A DNA stretch of 64,000 nt from a virus, in the IMG/VR virus record IMGVR_UViG_3300028115_000004, positions 1-64,000 of that record. One strand, written 5' to 3'. The position numbers and the translations under genes were made by a program. Shown here in pieces: positions 37,876 to 47,640 of this stretch (position 1 is the first letter of the stretch; the number at the start of each line of letters is the position of its first letter). Under the pieces are notes generated by a model. It saw nothing but the letters and a program-made list of their open reading frames with translations, was not told the origin of the DNA and did not search any database.

Positions 37876-38934
37876 ATGAAGCTAGTAATACTGAACGACA
37901 CCCACTGTGGTGCACGTAATTCTTCTGACATCTTTATGGATTATCAGGAACGCTTCTATACAGAGGTGTTCTTTCCGTATCTGTTGGAAAATGATATCAA
38001 ACAAATTCTCCACCTTGGAGACTATTATGATAACCGTAAGACGGTCAACTTCAAAGCCCTGAACCACAATCGTAAAATCTTTCTAGAGAAGTTGCGGGAG
38101 TATGGTATCACTATGGATATCATTCCAGGCAACCATGACGTGTACTATAAGAACACGAACGAACTGAACGCACTCAAGGAACTGCAGGGTCACTACATGA
38201 ACGAAGTGAACCTGATCATGGAACCTACCGTGATGAAGTATGGCAACTTAGATGTTGCTTTGATACCTTGGATCAATGCCGAGAACGAGAAAGCAACACT
38301 TGAGTTTCTTGAGACGTGCAAGGCTCCTGTGGTTGGTGCACACCTAGAGTTGCAGGGGTTTGATATGCAACGTGGTATGCCCTGTCATGACGGTATGTCT
38401 CCATCTCACTTCTCAAACTTTGAGATGGTTCTGACAGGTCACTTCCATGCGAAGTCTACGCAGGGTAACATTCACTACCTTGGGTCTCAGATGGAATTCT
38501 TCTGGAACGACTGTAACGACAAGAAGTACTTCCATATTCTTGATACCGAAACAAGAGAACTGACTCCGGTACGTAACCCCATCACGATCTACGAGAAGGT
38601 ATACTACGAGCAGAGTAAGATGAGTAAGTTCAAAGACCTTCGTTATCTTGACAACAAGTTTGTTAAGTTGATCGTGGTAGAGAAGGGTGACGCTTACGAG
38701 TTCGAACGTTTCGTGGATCGCATTCAGAATCAGAAGATTCACGAACTGAAAATCGTGGAGGACTTCAACGAGTTCATTGGTTCCAATGTGGACGACGATG
38801 CGGTATCTGTTGAGGATACCGAAACTCTGGTCTATGATTATATCGACGCTGTTAACACAGACCTAGATAAAGACCGGATTAAAAGGGAGATATCTTCTCT
38901 CATGACTGAAGCACAAACTATGGAGATTGTATAA
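37876..38934 (+). CDS. gp47: Recombination endonuclease (Mre11/SbcD-like)
   Basis: DTHCG, HLGD, PGNHD, GHFH metallophosphoesterase motifs. Confidence 0.95.
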   Translation: MKLVILNDTHCGARNSSDIFMDYQERFYTEVFFPYLLENDIKQILHLGDYYDNRKTVNFKALNHNRKIFLEKLREYGITMDIIPGNHDVYYKNTNELNALKELQGHYMNEVNLIMEPTVMKYGNLDVALIPWINAENEKATLEFLETCKAPVVGAHLELQGFDMQRGMPCHDGMSPSHFSNFEMVLTGHFHAKSTQGNIHYLGSQMEFFWNDCNDKKYFHILDTETRELTPVRNPITIYEKVYYEQSKMSKFKDLRYLDNKFVKLIVVEKGDAYEFERFVDRIQNQKIHELKIVEDFNEFIGSNVDDDAVSVEDTETLVYDYIDAVNTDLDKDRIKREISSLMTEAQTMEIV

Positions 38935-39113
38935 TGCGAGGCGCAACATCAAAACTTCTACGCAAAGCAGGCGTAGACACCAAAAAAGATAAACGCATGT
39001 TTAATGCCATGAGTCATAGAAACAAGGCTATCTTCTTAGATTTCTTGAGGACTTCTCTCCGTATCGAAAACTTCAAGACCAATTTGGTAGGAAAGGGGAT
39101 TGACATTGAGTAA
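38934..39113 (+). CDS. Small basic hypothetical protein (59 aa, not in the ORF track)
   Basis: ATG overlaps the gp47 stop (TAATG), SD ggag; MRGATSKLLRKAGVDTKKDKR...IDIE. Confidence 0.55.
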   Translation: MRGATSKLLRKAGVDTKKDKRMFNAMSHRNKAIFLDFLRTSLRIENFKTNLVGKGIDIE

Positions 39114-39312
39114 GGGAAGTAAACCACGTCCTATCACAGACAGAAAAAAGTTTGATGAAAATTGGGAAAACATTTTCCGTAAGGACAATATCACATCTAA
39201 ACCAGCCGAGTTCTGGAATCATGATTGTACTTCCGATGGGCCTATATCGATCCAGAAGGGATATCCTTGTAACTGGTGCGGTATAGATGAACATGGAAAT
39301 TACACGGGTTGA
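39100..39312 (+). CDS. Small hypothetical protein with a C-terminal Cys cluster
   Basis: SKGSKPRP...FDENWENIF, HDC...CNWCG. Confidence 0.55.
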   Translation: MTLSKGSKPRPITDRKKFDENWENIFRKDNITSKPAEFWNHDCTSDGPISIQKGYPCNWCGIDEHGNYTG

Positions 39313-39337
39313 CAGAAGTCAACCAACCGTGTATAAT
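39309..39337 (+). promoter_or_regulatory. Sigma70-like promoter TTGACA-17-TATAAT for gp46
   Basis: Consensus boxes; ATG is 8 nt after the -10 box; the -35 lies inside the palindrome ggttgac-agaa-gtcaacc. Confidence 0.8.
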
Positions 39338-39345
39338 ATGCGACT

Positions 39346-41073
39346 ATGATTAAATTTGAGAAAATCCGGTACAAGAATTTCTTGTCCACCGGCAACAACT
39401 TTACTGAGATCGATTTTGAGAAGTCTCCTACTACTCTGGTGGTGGGACATAATGGTGCGGGTAAGTCTACCATGTTGGACGCCCTGTCGTTTGTCCTATT
39501 CGGTAAACCTCACCGTAAGATTTCCAAACCGCAACTCGTTAATTCAATCAACGGCAAAGGTACTCTTGTCGAGGTTCTCTTTTCTGTGGGTTCCGTAAAG
39601 TATAAGGTTGTCCGTGGTATCAAACCCAACGTCTTTGAGATTTGGGCTAACGATAACATGATCAACCAGAACTCCCATGCGAAGGAGTACCAACAGGTTC
39701 TAGAGAGAAACATTCTGAAACTGACTCACAAGTCTTTTCACCAGATTGTCGTTCTAGGATCAAGTTCGTTCGTACCATTCATGCAGTTGAACACGAGTGC
39801 ACGTCGAGAGGTTATCGAAGACCTACTTGATATCAACATGTTCAGTAAGATGAATGGTCTACTCAAAGAGAAGATGTCTATCCTCAAGAATGATATCAGT
39901 GAGAACGGACACGCTATCGAACTGGTCAAGACCAAGGTCAATGCACAGAAGAAATACTTGCGTGATCTATCGGCCCTGAACACTGCACATCGTAAGGAGA
40001 AAGAGTCAGAGATCACCGCACTACTTGCGGAGATTACGGAACTGCAGGACTTCAATACAGAAAACCTGTCTACGGCATCGACACAACAAGAAGACGTGTC
40101 GAAGAAGTTAGAGAAAGTGAACACGTCACGTGAGAAGTTGTTGGAGTATCAATCTACCTTCCGATCTCAGATTAAGTCTGTGGTGAAGGAAGCGAAGTTC
40201 TTCGATGAGAACGAACATTGTCCTACCTGTGACCAACACATCGCAGAGGACTTACGTGAGTCTAAGAAGAACGATGCTAACGCACGTGCGAAAGAACTAC
40301 ATGACGCCATGACCAAATCAAACAAACAGATGGAAGAGTTTGACAAACAACTCTTTGATCTGAATGAGGTGATGGTAAAGGTTAATGCACTACAGTCTCA
40401 GGTCAATTCTAACAACCAAGAAATCTCTAGTCTTAATCGTAGGATTGATCGTATTCGTTCTGAGTTGGATGGACTGTCTGAGAACAGTACCGAACTCAAC
40501 GAAGCGAACCAACAGCTTCGGACTCTAACAGAAGAACTAGAGATCAAACAAGATGAGAAGTATAAACTGCACGAGACTTACTCGTATCAACAGGTATGTG
40601 CGGAACTACTCAAAGATCAGGGTATCAAGTCTAAGATCATCAAACAGTACCTTCCGGTCATCAACCAACTGACCAATCAGTACTTACAGATTCTAGACTT
40701 CTTTGTTCACTTTGATCTGGATGAAGGATTCAACGAGACGATCCGTTCACGCTTCCGTGACAACTTCTCGTATGACTCTTTCTCTGAAGGTGAGAAACAA
40801 CGTATTGACTTGTCCCTACTATTTACATGGCGACAGATTGCAAAGATGAAGAACTCAGTGGCCACAAACCTACTGATTCTTGATGAGACGTTTGATTCGT
40901 CTTTGGATGACGATGGGGTTGACAACCTCATGAAAATCCTGTATAGTCTAGGGGAACAAGACACGAATGTATTTGTGATCTCTCACAAGGCAGAACTAGA
41001 GGACGCACAATTCAATCGTCGTATTGAGTTTGTCAAAGAGAAAAACTTCTCTAAAGTAAAGGAAGCGGCTTGA
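39346..41073 (+). CDS. gp46: Recombination ATPase (Rad50/SbcC-like)
   Basis: GHNGAGKST, CPTC zinc hook, FSEGEKQRID, LILDE. Confidence 0.96.
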   Translation: MIKFEKIRYKNFLSTGNNFTEIDFEKSPTTLVVGHNGAGKSTMLDALSFVLFGKPHRKISKPQLVNSINGKGTLVEVLFSVGSVKYKVVRGIKPNVFEIWANDNMINQNSHAKEYQQVLERNILKLTHKSFHQIVVLGSSSFVPFMQLNTSARREVIEDLLDINMFSKMNGLLKEKMSILKNDISENGHAIELVKTKVNAQKKYLRDLSALNTAHRKEKESEITALLAEITELQDFNTENLSTASTQQEDVSKKLEKVNTSREKLLEYQSTFRSQIKSVVKEAKFFDENEHCPTCDQHIAEDLRESKKNDANARAKELHDAMTKSNKQMEEFDKQLFDLNEVMVKVNALQSQVNSNNQEISSLNRRIDRIRSELDGLSENSTELNEANQQLRTLTEELEIKQDEKYKLHETYSYQQVCAELLKDQGIKSKIIKQYLPVINQLTNQYLQILDFFVHFDLDEGFNETIRSRFRDNFSYDSFSEGEKQRIDLSLLFTWRQIAKMKNSVATNLLILDETFDSSLDDDGVDNLMKILYSLGEQDTNVFVISHKAELEDAQFNRRIEFVKEKNFSKVKEAA

Positions 41074-41099
41074 CAACCATTGTGAAACCGTGTTATTAT
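41070..41099 (+). promoter_or_regulatory. Sigma70-like promoter TTGACA-18-TATTAT for gp45
   Basis: Near-consensus boxes. Confidence 0.65.
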
Positions 41100-41127
41100 A
41101 CACGCATATTAACTGAGGAAACTTATT

Positions 41128-41805
41128 ATGGAACTTTCTGATCGTACTCTACAAGTACTCAAAAACTATGCAACCATCAACCCGAACATCGTGTTCAATG
41201 AGGGTAACAGTGTTAAAACTGTATCGGTTGCTCGCAACGTATTCTCTCGCACTTCGGTGTCTGAGGACTTTCCGGTCGGATTCGGTATCTATGATCTGAA
41301 CGAATTCCTGAATGTGTTGGGTCTCGTAGACAAACCCAATCTCTCTTTTGAGAAAGATTATGTTGTGGTTGGAGATTCAACGGGTCGTTCGAAGATCAAG
41401 TACTTTTACTCTGATCCGGATATGTTGACTTCGCCTTCGAAGGATATCAACCTTCCAGAATTCGAAGTTAACTTTCGACTAGATAATGCAACGTTGGGAC
41501 GCATTAAACGTGCGGCCGCAGCACTTGGACACACGGATATTTCGATCTCGCCTAACAATGGTGCGATTCAAATTTCTGTTGTGGATACCAAGGATGCAAC
41601 TTCCAATGCGTTCACTATCGACGTTGATGGGTCATATGATGAAGGAGTTGATTTCAACTTGGTTCTGAATGTGAACAACTTGAAGATTGTCAACGAGGAC
41701 TTTGAAGTCAACATCTCTAAGAAGTTGATCTCTCAGTTCAAGTCTGTTCAGTCGGATATTGAATATTTTATTGCACTTGAAAAATCATCTACTTACGGAG
41801 TATAA
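41128..41805 (+). CDS. gp45: Sliding clamp
   Basis: LKNYATINPNI, FGIYDLNEFL, YFIALE. Confidence 0.93.
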   Translation: MELSDRTLQVLKNYATINPNIVFNEGNSVKTVSVARNVFSRTSVSEDFPVGFGIYDLNEFLNVLGLVDKPNLSFEKDYVVVGDSTGRSKIKYFYSDPDMLTSPSKDINLPEFEVNFRLDNATLGRIKRAAAALGHTDISISPNNGAIQISVVDTKDATSNAFTIDVDGSYDEGVDFNLVLNVNNLKIVNEDFEVNISKKLISQFKSVQSDIEYFIALEKSSTYGV

Positions 41806-41807
41806 CA

Positions 41808-42023
41808 ATGGCTAAAGCAGCAGAAGCACAAAAGCAAGACCACTCTCAGATTTACGAACTGGGTAACCGAGTGGCACGTTCGACTATCGCAGTGATTGAC
41901 ACTGTGGTACAGCGAGGCGGATTCAAGGGTGAGGAACTCTCTACTATTGGTCAGTTGCGTGATCAGGCAGTACAGGTTGTTCAGCTCGCAGAAGCATTCC
42001 AGTCTGAAGTAGCAGGTGAGTAA
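41808..42023 (+). CDS. Hypothetical protein (71 aa)
   Basis: SD ggag; IDTVVQRGGFKGEELSTIG.LR. Confidence 0.65.
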   Translation: MAKAAEAQKQDHSQIYELGNRVARSTIAVIDTVVQRGGFKGEELSTIGQLRDQAVQVVQLAEAFQSEVAGE

Positions 42024-42602
42024 ATGGAACTTTGGTCTTGGAAAGACTTCTTGCCCGATGTAGTCTTTCACATGCGTGAACGTGACGAATCCCTTGAGGG
42101 GGACAATCCCTTCAAGTGGGTTCGTAAGACTACGGGCGAACTCTTTGGTGGCAAGAAGGTTGTCATCTTTGGACTGCCTGGCGCATTCACACCCACGTGT
42201 ACTAACGAACAACTTCCCGGCTTTGATCGACTCTATCAGGAGTTTGTTGATGCAGGAGTTGATGAAATCTGGTGTACGTCCGTGAATGATGCATTCTCTA
42301 TGTACCAGTGGGCAAAACAACTAGACATTAAGAACGTCAAGATGTTGCCTGACGGTAATGGTGAATTTGCAGAAGAACTGGGGGTGGTGGTTAAGAAGAA
42401 TAACCTTGGTTTTGGAAAACGTTCTTGGCGTCACGCTGTCATTGTGAATGATCTGGTGATCGTCAAACGTATTGAGGAAGATGGACTACGTGACAACTGT
42501 CCAACCGATCCCTATGAGAACACCACACCCGAAAACATTCTTTCTCTTGTCAGAAAAATCTCGGGAGAGTCCAGACAGATGCAGCTAAACTTCGGGGTGT
42601 AG
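42024..42602 (+). CDS. Peroxiredoxin (Prx5 type)
   Basis: GLPGAFTPTC, SVNDAF, LPDGNGEF, GFGKRSWR. Confidence 0.9.
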   Translation: MELWSWKDFLPDVVFHMRERDESLEGDNPFKWVRKTTGELFGGKKVVIFGLPGAFTPTCTNEQLPGFDRLYQEFVDAGVDEIWCTSVNDAFSMYQWAKQLDIKNVKMLPDGNGEFAEELGVVVKKNNLGFGKRSWRHAVIVNDLVIVKRIEEDGLRDNCPTDPYENTTPENILSLVRKISGESRQMQLNFGV

Positions 42603-42669
42603 CTCAGTTGGATAGAGCAATGGCCTTCTAAGCCATCGGTCGGGGGTTCGAATCCCTCCACCTCGGCCA
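42593..42669 (+). tRNA. tRNA-Arg (anticodon UCU)
   Basis: Cloverleaf; anticodon loop CTTCTAA; GTTCGAAT T-loop; encoded CCA. Confidence 0.93.
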
Positions 42670-42673
42670 ATTT

Positions 42674-42747
42674 GCGGAGTTTGTATAGTGGTATTACCGG
42701 AGGTTTCCAACCTTCAGACGGTGGTTCGATTCCACCACTCCGCTCCA
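42674..42747 (+). tRNA. tRNA-Gly (anticodon UCC)
   Basis: Acceptor stem gcggagt/actccgc; loop TTTCCAA; GTTCGATT; CCA. Confidence 0.92.
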
Positions 42748-42751
42748 ATTT

Positions 42752-42827
42752 GCCGGTATAGCTCAGCAGGTAGAGTAGCTCACTTGTAATGAGAAGGTCG
42801 GGAGTTCGATTCTCTCTGCCGGCACCA
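42752..42827 (+). tRNA. tRNA-Thr (anticodon UGU)
   Basis: Acceptor stem gccggta/tgccggc; loop CTTGTAA; GTTCGATT; CCA. Confidence 0.92.
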
Positions 42828-42870
42828 TATCCTTATAACAAAATGATCTAAAAAAAGTTTAAAAAAACGC

Positions 42871-42899
42871 TTGACTTTAGACCAAGAATCTGTCATAAT
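42871..42899 (+). promoter_or_regulatory. Early promoter TTGACT-17-CATAAT with an A-rich UP element
   Basis: A-tracts at 42849-42867; extended TG. Confidence 0.7.
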
Positions 42900-42930
42900 T
42901 ACCCTGTAATTGAGAGTGAGGATATAGATT

Positions 42931-43224
42931 ATGACTGCATTTGTTAAAGAAGAGTTTGTTTGGGACGGTATGTACTTGATGTATCGTGGTCGCCACGAAG
43001 GGTCTAAGAACATGGAAGAACATAACCCAAACTGTCACCCATCTTGGGTCGGTAAACCAAAACCTGAGTTTATCGTTCGATTCAAGTATGGGAAGTACAA
43101 GCCTTGGAAAGCGTGGGTTAACTTCCTAATGAAGAACGTTTCTGTCGAACAGTACGTTGCTTTGGAAAAGGAATCTAGTCCGGTTCAAGCAATGCGTCAA
43201 CTTGGTTATAAGGGGAAAATGTAA
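42931..43224 (+). CDS. Hypothetical early protein
   Basis: SD gagga; follows the early promoter. Confidence 0.65.
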   Translation: MTAFVKEEFVWDGMYLMYRGRHEGSKNMEEHNPNCHPSWVGKPKPEFIVRFKYGKYKPWKAWVNFLMKNVSVEQYVALEKESSPVQAMRQLGYKGKM

Positions 43225-43715
43225 TGAAGATTGTATTCCAAACTCAAATCCGTGAGAACTACGGCGCCCATGATTGGGATGGCAAGGGCGAATGCCCTCA
43301 GCGATGGAAGTTCAAAGGTGGTAACACCTATGTGGTCAACTGTGACCTCAATCAAGCCATGGATAAGGCGTTCTGGGAACGTGCATCCGCTGCAGTCACC
43401 GAAGATGGTGACTACTTCGAAGAGTACGTGCTCTCTTCGGAGTTGATCGATGATATCGATTACGTGGAGTCTCAACACGTTGCGGAGTGGGACGCACCCT
43501 ACTATCTCACTGAGATCGATGGTGGGTTCCAAGTAAATCGTACTGAGAATAACGATGCGATGGGTTACATGCGTAAGGAGATTGCGAAGAAGTACGAGGC
43601 GTATGTCATTCGCAACAACACCCGTGAGGACTATAAGTCTTCTTTTGAGATGGTCAATGGTCAGATCATCCCCTACGCTGAGTTAGGTAACTGGTTTGAG
43701 GCCTACGCAGCATGA
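43224..43715 (+). CDS. Hypothetical protein
   Basis: Translationally coupled; TQIRENYGAHDWDGKGECPQRWKFKGG. Confidence 0.65.
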   Translation: MKIVFQTQIRENYGAHDWDGKGECPQRWKFKGGNTYVVNCDLNQAMDKAFWERASAAVTEDGDYFEEYVLSSELIDDIDYVESQHVAEWDAPYYLTEIDGGFQVNRTENNDAMGYMRKEIAKKYEAYVIRNNTREDYKSSFEMVNGQIIPYAELGNWFEAYAA

Positions 43716-44299
43716 GGGTAACTTGGGGTACATGGGTATCACTGGTACTCTTTTTAACTTTAATCGGAGTCGGGTTCTTTTATCAGGAACCCGCACCCAA
43801 GGTCGTAGTAGTTGATGCTCCTCTTGAGGAGGTTGTCCCTTCGGAACCGGAACCCCAACCGGAACCGGAGGGAACTTTTTATTCCGAGCGTGCGATAGAA
43901 TGTCTTGCACTTAACTCTTATTATGAATCACGTAATCAATCCCTTGCCGGTCAGATCGCAGTGGCGAACGTTGTCCTGAACAGGGTCAACAGTCCCAAGT
44001 TTCCCAATACTATCTGCGAGGTCATTCAACAAGGCCCTACCTTTGTGAACTGGAAAGGTAATGAGATGCCTGTTCGAAACAGGTGTCACTTCTCTTGGTG
44101 GTGTGATGGTAAGAGTGACATCCCCGCTGACGTAGTTACCTACTTAAAGATACTTGACACAGTGACCGAATTGTTGTATACTGACACAATTGATATCACG
44201 GATGGCAGTACGCATTACCATGCGGACTATGTTGAACCTGATTGGAGTAATCACTTTGAAAGGACAGTAGTGATCGACGATCATATATTTTATAAGTGA
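43712..44299 (+). CDS. Cell wall hydrolase (SleB/Hydrolase_2) with an N-terminal TM anchor
   Basis: CLALNSYYESR, AVANVVLNRV.S..FPNTICEV, FSWWCDG, THYHA.YV.P.W, HIFY. Confidence 0.9.
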   Translation: MRVTWGTWVSLVLFLTLIGVGFFYQEPAPKVVVVDAPLEEVVPSEPEPQPEPEGTFYSERAIECLALNSYYESRNQSLAGQIAVANVVLNRVNSPKFPNTICEVIQQGPTFVNWKGNEMPVRNRCHFSWWCDGKSDIPADVVTYLKILDTVTELLYTDTIDITDGSTHYHADYVEPDWSNHFERTVVIDDHIFYK

Positions 44300-44514
44300 A
44301 AGCTATGAAACCAAGTGAATATTACGATGAGTTAGTTAGACACGACTGGTACTACGAGTACTCAGATGACTATAGTGTATGGCAGAGAGGTCAAGCTAAC
44401 AAACATCGTATACAGAGTATAGCTCAGGAGAACGAAGTTCTGTTGGGACTATATAAAGCCTACTCTGATTTTATTTTCAGAGAAGGCGATAAACCCACTA
44501 GACCGGAGGATTGA
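44296..44514 (+). CDS. Hypothetical protein
   Basis: HDWYYEYSDD..VW.RG motif; coupled ORF. Confidence 0.6.
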   Translation: MKAMKPSEYYDELVRHDWYYEYSDDYSVWQRGQANKHRIQSIAQENEVLLGLYKAYSDFIFREGDKPTRPED

Positions 44515-44515
44515 T

Positions 44516-44827
44516 ATGGAAGTAGGGCTAATAGTTGTCGGCGCAGCAGCAGTAATTTTGATGGTGCGAGTTATTTGGTGGTTTGTGGAAGGTGGAAGTG
44601 TGAACATTACTCCTATGGATGATGCAGGTGTTCGTCACCCTCCCGCTGATCCAACCGATCCAGTTAACGTGCAAGCCGAAGTTGTCGAGGACATCATCGA
44701 AGATTTGATCGAAGATGTGGACTTGATGAAACTCACTAAGAAAGAACTTATGAGCATGGCTGAAACTAAAGGCGTTGCTGTCTCTTCACGTATGAAGAAG
44801 TCAGACATCGTTGAACAGTTACAGTGA
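44516..44827 (+). CDS. Membrane-anchored protein with a C-terminal Rho-N/HeH-like domain
   Basis: N-terminal TM helix; LTKKEL..MAE.KGV...SRMKKSDIVEQL. Confidence 0.6.
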   Translation: MEVGLIVVGAAAVILMVRVIWWFVEGGSVNITPMDDAGVRHPPADPTDPVNVQAEVVEDIIEDLIEDVDLMKLTKKELMSMAETKGVAVSSRMKKSDIVEQLQ

Positions 44828-45064
44828 ATGCAGTTCTTTGATAAGGAGATTGCAAGGGAAACCTTAATACATGTGCTGATGGGGACAATCGTGAATTACC
44901 CCATCAGCATATTTTTTGCCTGGCTGTTTATCAGTCAGTGGGGTATTACAGACCCCGTTGAGTTCGCAACAATTTCTACCGTTGGGTTTTTTTGTATTGC
45001 CTTCACACGCATATACGTGGTAAGATACCTAACTGAAAAACGAAAGTTACGACAATCTAAATGA
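44828..45064 (+). CDS. Small two-TM membrane protein
   Basis: Two hydrophobic segments and a basic C-terminus. Confidence 0.6.
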   Translation: MQFFDKEIARETLIHVLMGTIVNYPISIFFAWLFISQWGITDPVEFATISTVGFFCIAFTRIYVVRYLTEKRKLRQSK

Positions 45065-45077
45065 TGGAGTTTTTATT

Positions 45078-46016
45078 ATGCGTGATGAATTTTTGTGGGT
45101 CGAGAAATATCGCCCCCGCAAAGTATCTGATACTATCCTTCCGAAAGAACTGAAGGAGACGTTTCAGAAAATTGTAGATGGTGGTGAGATTCCGAACATG
45201 TTGTTTTCTGGTACTGCTGGTACTGGTAAGACTACTGTCGCACGTGCCATCTGTGATGAACTGGGACTTGACTACATCGTCGTCAATGGTTCCGAGGAGG
45301 GTAACATCGATACCCTTCGTGGTAAGATCAAACAGTTTGCATCTTCCATCTCTCTGAGTGGTGGGTACAAAGTTGTTATCCTAGATGAGGCTGATTACCT
45401 CAACCCCCAATCTACTCAACCCGCCCTCCGTGGGTTCATCGAAGAGTTCTCTAAGAACTGTCGATTCATTCTGACTTGTAACTTCAAGAACCGAGTGATC
45501 GAACCTCTTCACTCTCGTTGTTCTAATTACGAGTTTAACTTCAACAAGAAAACTCAGGCGCAACTGTGTGGACAGTTCATGTCCCGTGCACAGACGATCC
45601 TGACCGACGAAGGTGTCGCATCCAACCCCGATACTCTCGCACAGGTTATCATGCGTCACGCACCAGACTGGCGTCGAGTACTCAACGAGTTGCAACGTCA
45701 CTCTATCTCTGGTCAGTTGGAAACTACAGTTGTCATTAATGACGCAAATGAAAACTATAGTATCCTTTTCAAAGCCCTCAAGGACAAGGAATTCAAGAAG
45801 ATGCGTTCTTGGGTCGTAAACAATATGGATGTGGAACCCGCATCTGTATTCCGTGGAATCTATGACGTGATGTCGGAGTATGTCCAACCACAATCGATTC
45901 CTCAACTCGTATTGATTCTCGCTGATTATCAATACAAGAATGCGTTCGTGGCGGATCACGAACTCAACCTAGTCGCTTGTATGACTGAAATCATGGCAAA
46001 CGTGGAGGTCAAATGA
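45078..46016 (+). CDS. gp44: Clamp loader large subunit
   Basis: LWVEKYRP, GTAGTGKTT, ILDEAD, PLHSRC. Confidence 0.96.
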   Translation: MRDEFLWVEKYRPRKVSDTILPKELKETFQKIVDGGEIPNMLFSGTAGTGKTTVARAICDELGLDYIVVNGSEEGNIDTLRGKIKQFASSISLSGGYKVVILDEADYLNPQSTQPALRGFIEEFSKNCRFILTCNFKNRVIEPLHSRCSNYEFNFNKKTQAQLCGQFMSRAQTILTDEGVASNPDTLAQVIMRHAPDWRRVLNELQRHSISGQLETTVVINDANENYSILFKALKDKEFKKMRSWVVNNMDVEPASVFRGIYDVMSEYVQPQSIPQLVLILADYQYKNAFVADHELNLVACMTEIMANVEVK

Positions 46017-46426
46017 TGGAAAATAAGAAAGGGTTCTCTCCCCAAGAGGATGTGGATGTCTTCATGACTGCTGCGGGTCAAGCCCTTCGGTATGATATTC
46101 CGAAAGACCCCACAGTCATGTTTGATGAGGATCAGTCTAAACTCTACATGGACTTGGTTGAGGAAGAGTTCAACGAGACCAAGGAAGCGTTTGCAAATAA
46201 GGACGTGGTAGAGGTTGCGGATGGTATCGCAGACATGGTGTGGGTCATCATGGGACTTGCCAGTAGTCTTGGTATCGACTTCTATAAGGTATGGGATGCA
46301 GTCTTTGAGTCTAACATGAGTAAGGTGCAGGATGATCAGTTGATTAAGAATCCAGAAACGGGTAAGGTCATGAAACCAGCTTCGTACTTTCCTCCCAAGA
46401 TCAAGGAGGCGTTGGGTCTTGAGTAA
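46013..46426 (+). CDS. MazG/PRA-PH-like nucleotide pyrophosphohydrolase
   Basis: LVEEEFNE, EVADGIAD, V.ESNMSK, GKVMKP. Confidence 0.85.
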   Translation: MMENKKGFSPQEDVDVFMTAAGQALRYDIPKDPTVMFDEDQSKLYMDLVEEEFNETKEAFANKDVVEVADGIADMVWVIMGLASSLGIDFYKVWDAVFESNMSKVQDDQLIKNPETGKVMKPASYFPPKIKEALGLE

Positions 46427-46901
46427 ATGGGACTTAGCACACATGAAGGTTGCCGGAATCTATGGGGCGCTTTCTACTGCAATACGTGCAAAGGTTGGAT
46501 GTGTCATCGTGAAGGACAACCGTATTATCTCTATTGGGTATAACGGTATGCCTTCGGGATGGGACAACAACTGTGAGGACGAAGACTGGCCTATGTGGGC
46601 AAAAGACTATGATAAAGATAAAGTCGATCCTGTCTATGTTAAGTTGACAACCAAACCCGAAGTGTTACACGCAGAGACTAACGCAATCGCAAAGGTTGCA
46701 CGTAGTAATGAAAATTGTGATGGTGCAACACTATATACTACGATGCTGCCTTGTTTGGATTGTGCGAAGTTGATCTATCAATCGGGCATAAAAGAAGTCT
46801 TCTATGTAGAAGCGTACCCTAAAGGAACAGCAGGATTAGAGTTTTTACATAAGTGTAATATTCCTGTGAGAAAAATTAATGAGTACGAATCTGTATCGTG
46901 A
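46419..46901 (+). CDS. cd: dCMP deaminase
   Basis: VGCVIVKDNRIISIGYNG, HAETNA, PCLDC. Confidence 0.92.
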   Translation: MSKWDLAHMKVAGIYGALSTAIRAKVGCVIVKDNRIISIGYNGMPSGWDNNCEDEDWPMWAKDYDKDKVDPVYVKLTTKPEVLHAETNAIAKVARSNENCDGATLYTTMLPCLDCAKLIYQSGIKEVFYVEAYPKGTAGLEFLHKCNIPVRKINEYESVS

Positions 46902-47640
46902 AGAACTAAAAAAGATATTAAGAAAAAGATTAAGAGGATCAATGTCTGCATCGGAGAACGTTCTCTATTTTCCTAAAGATGTAGATGTTAGAATCTGTCC
47001 CAAGAACGGAATGACTTCTTTGAAATGGGCTTTGTTGTACGTAAACAACATTGAGATTTCCTCAGACAATCCAAAGTCTCTTATTTACGGAACAAAGAGA
47101 CATCGAATGGGGGAGATCAAAAAGTATGGAGACCGTGATTCCTTGCCGTTCAGGAAGGACAGTTTCCGAGTCGCAATCGCACGTGATCCGATCAAACGTT
47201 TCATGTCGGCTTGTGAGTATATCAAGACTGAATATACTAGAGTGAATGAAGTGATCGACTTGAACTCTGGTAAGGCTTTGTCTCATGACGAACTCAAGGC
47301 TCTAGAATCAATGTCGGACGTTGATATCTTGCCAGATAATCTGGACGAAATCATCGATGGTGTGTGGAACGGAGAGATTCAGAACACTCACTTTTACACT
47401 CAGACCTTTTACTATAGCAATCGTTCTCAGTACGACAAGATCGTCAAGATGAAAAACTTCAAAGAGTTCATGGAGTGGTTGAGAGTCCGTTGCGAAAGTC
47501 CGAAAAAGATTGATAGAGTACATACCAATAGAACATCTGGTCTATACTTTGGTGGTGTGGAGAAGTTGACAGAAGACCAGAAAAAACGTATAATGCGTAT
47601 TTACCAAGAGGATTATGATTATGGCTGGACAGAAGATTAG
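46879..47640 (+). CDS. Sulfotransferase family 2-like protein
   Basis: PKNGMTSLK (5'-PSB), RDPIKRFMSA (3'-PB), HFYTQ, IY.EDY. Confidence 0.75.
   Translation: MSTNLYREELKKILRKRLRGSMSASENVLYFPKDVDVRICPKNGMTSLKWALLYVNNIEISSDNPKSLIYGTKRHRMGEIKKYGDRDSLPFRKDSFRVAIARDPIKRFMSACEYIKTEYTRVNEVIDLNSGKALSHDELKALESMSDVDILPDNLDEIIDGVWNGEIQNTHFYTQTFYYSNRSQYDKIVKMKNFKEFMEWLRVRCESPKKIDRVHTNRTSGLYFGGVEKLTEDQKKRIMRIYQEDYDYGWTED

Noticed and set aside
42512-43013. Minus-strand ORFs MERSGGIEPP... and MFLDPSWR...
   Set aside because: The first is an antisense translation of the tRNA genes; the second runs antisense over tRNA-Thr, the early promoter and the start of the 42931 gene.
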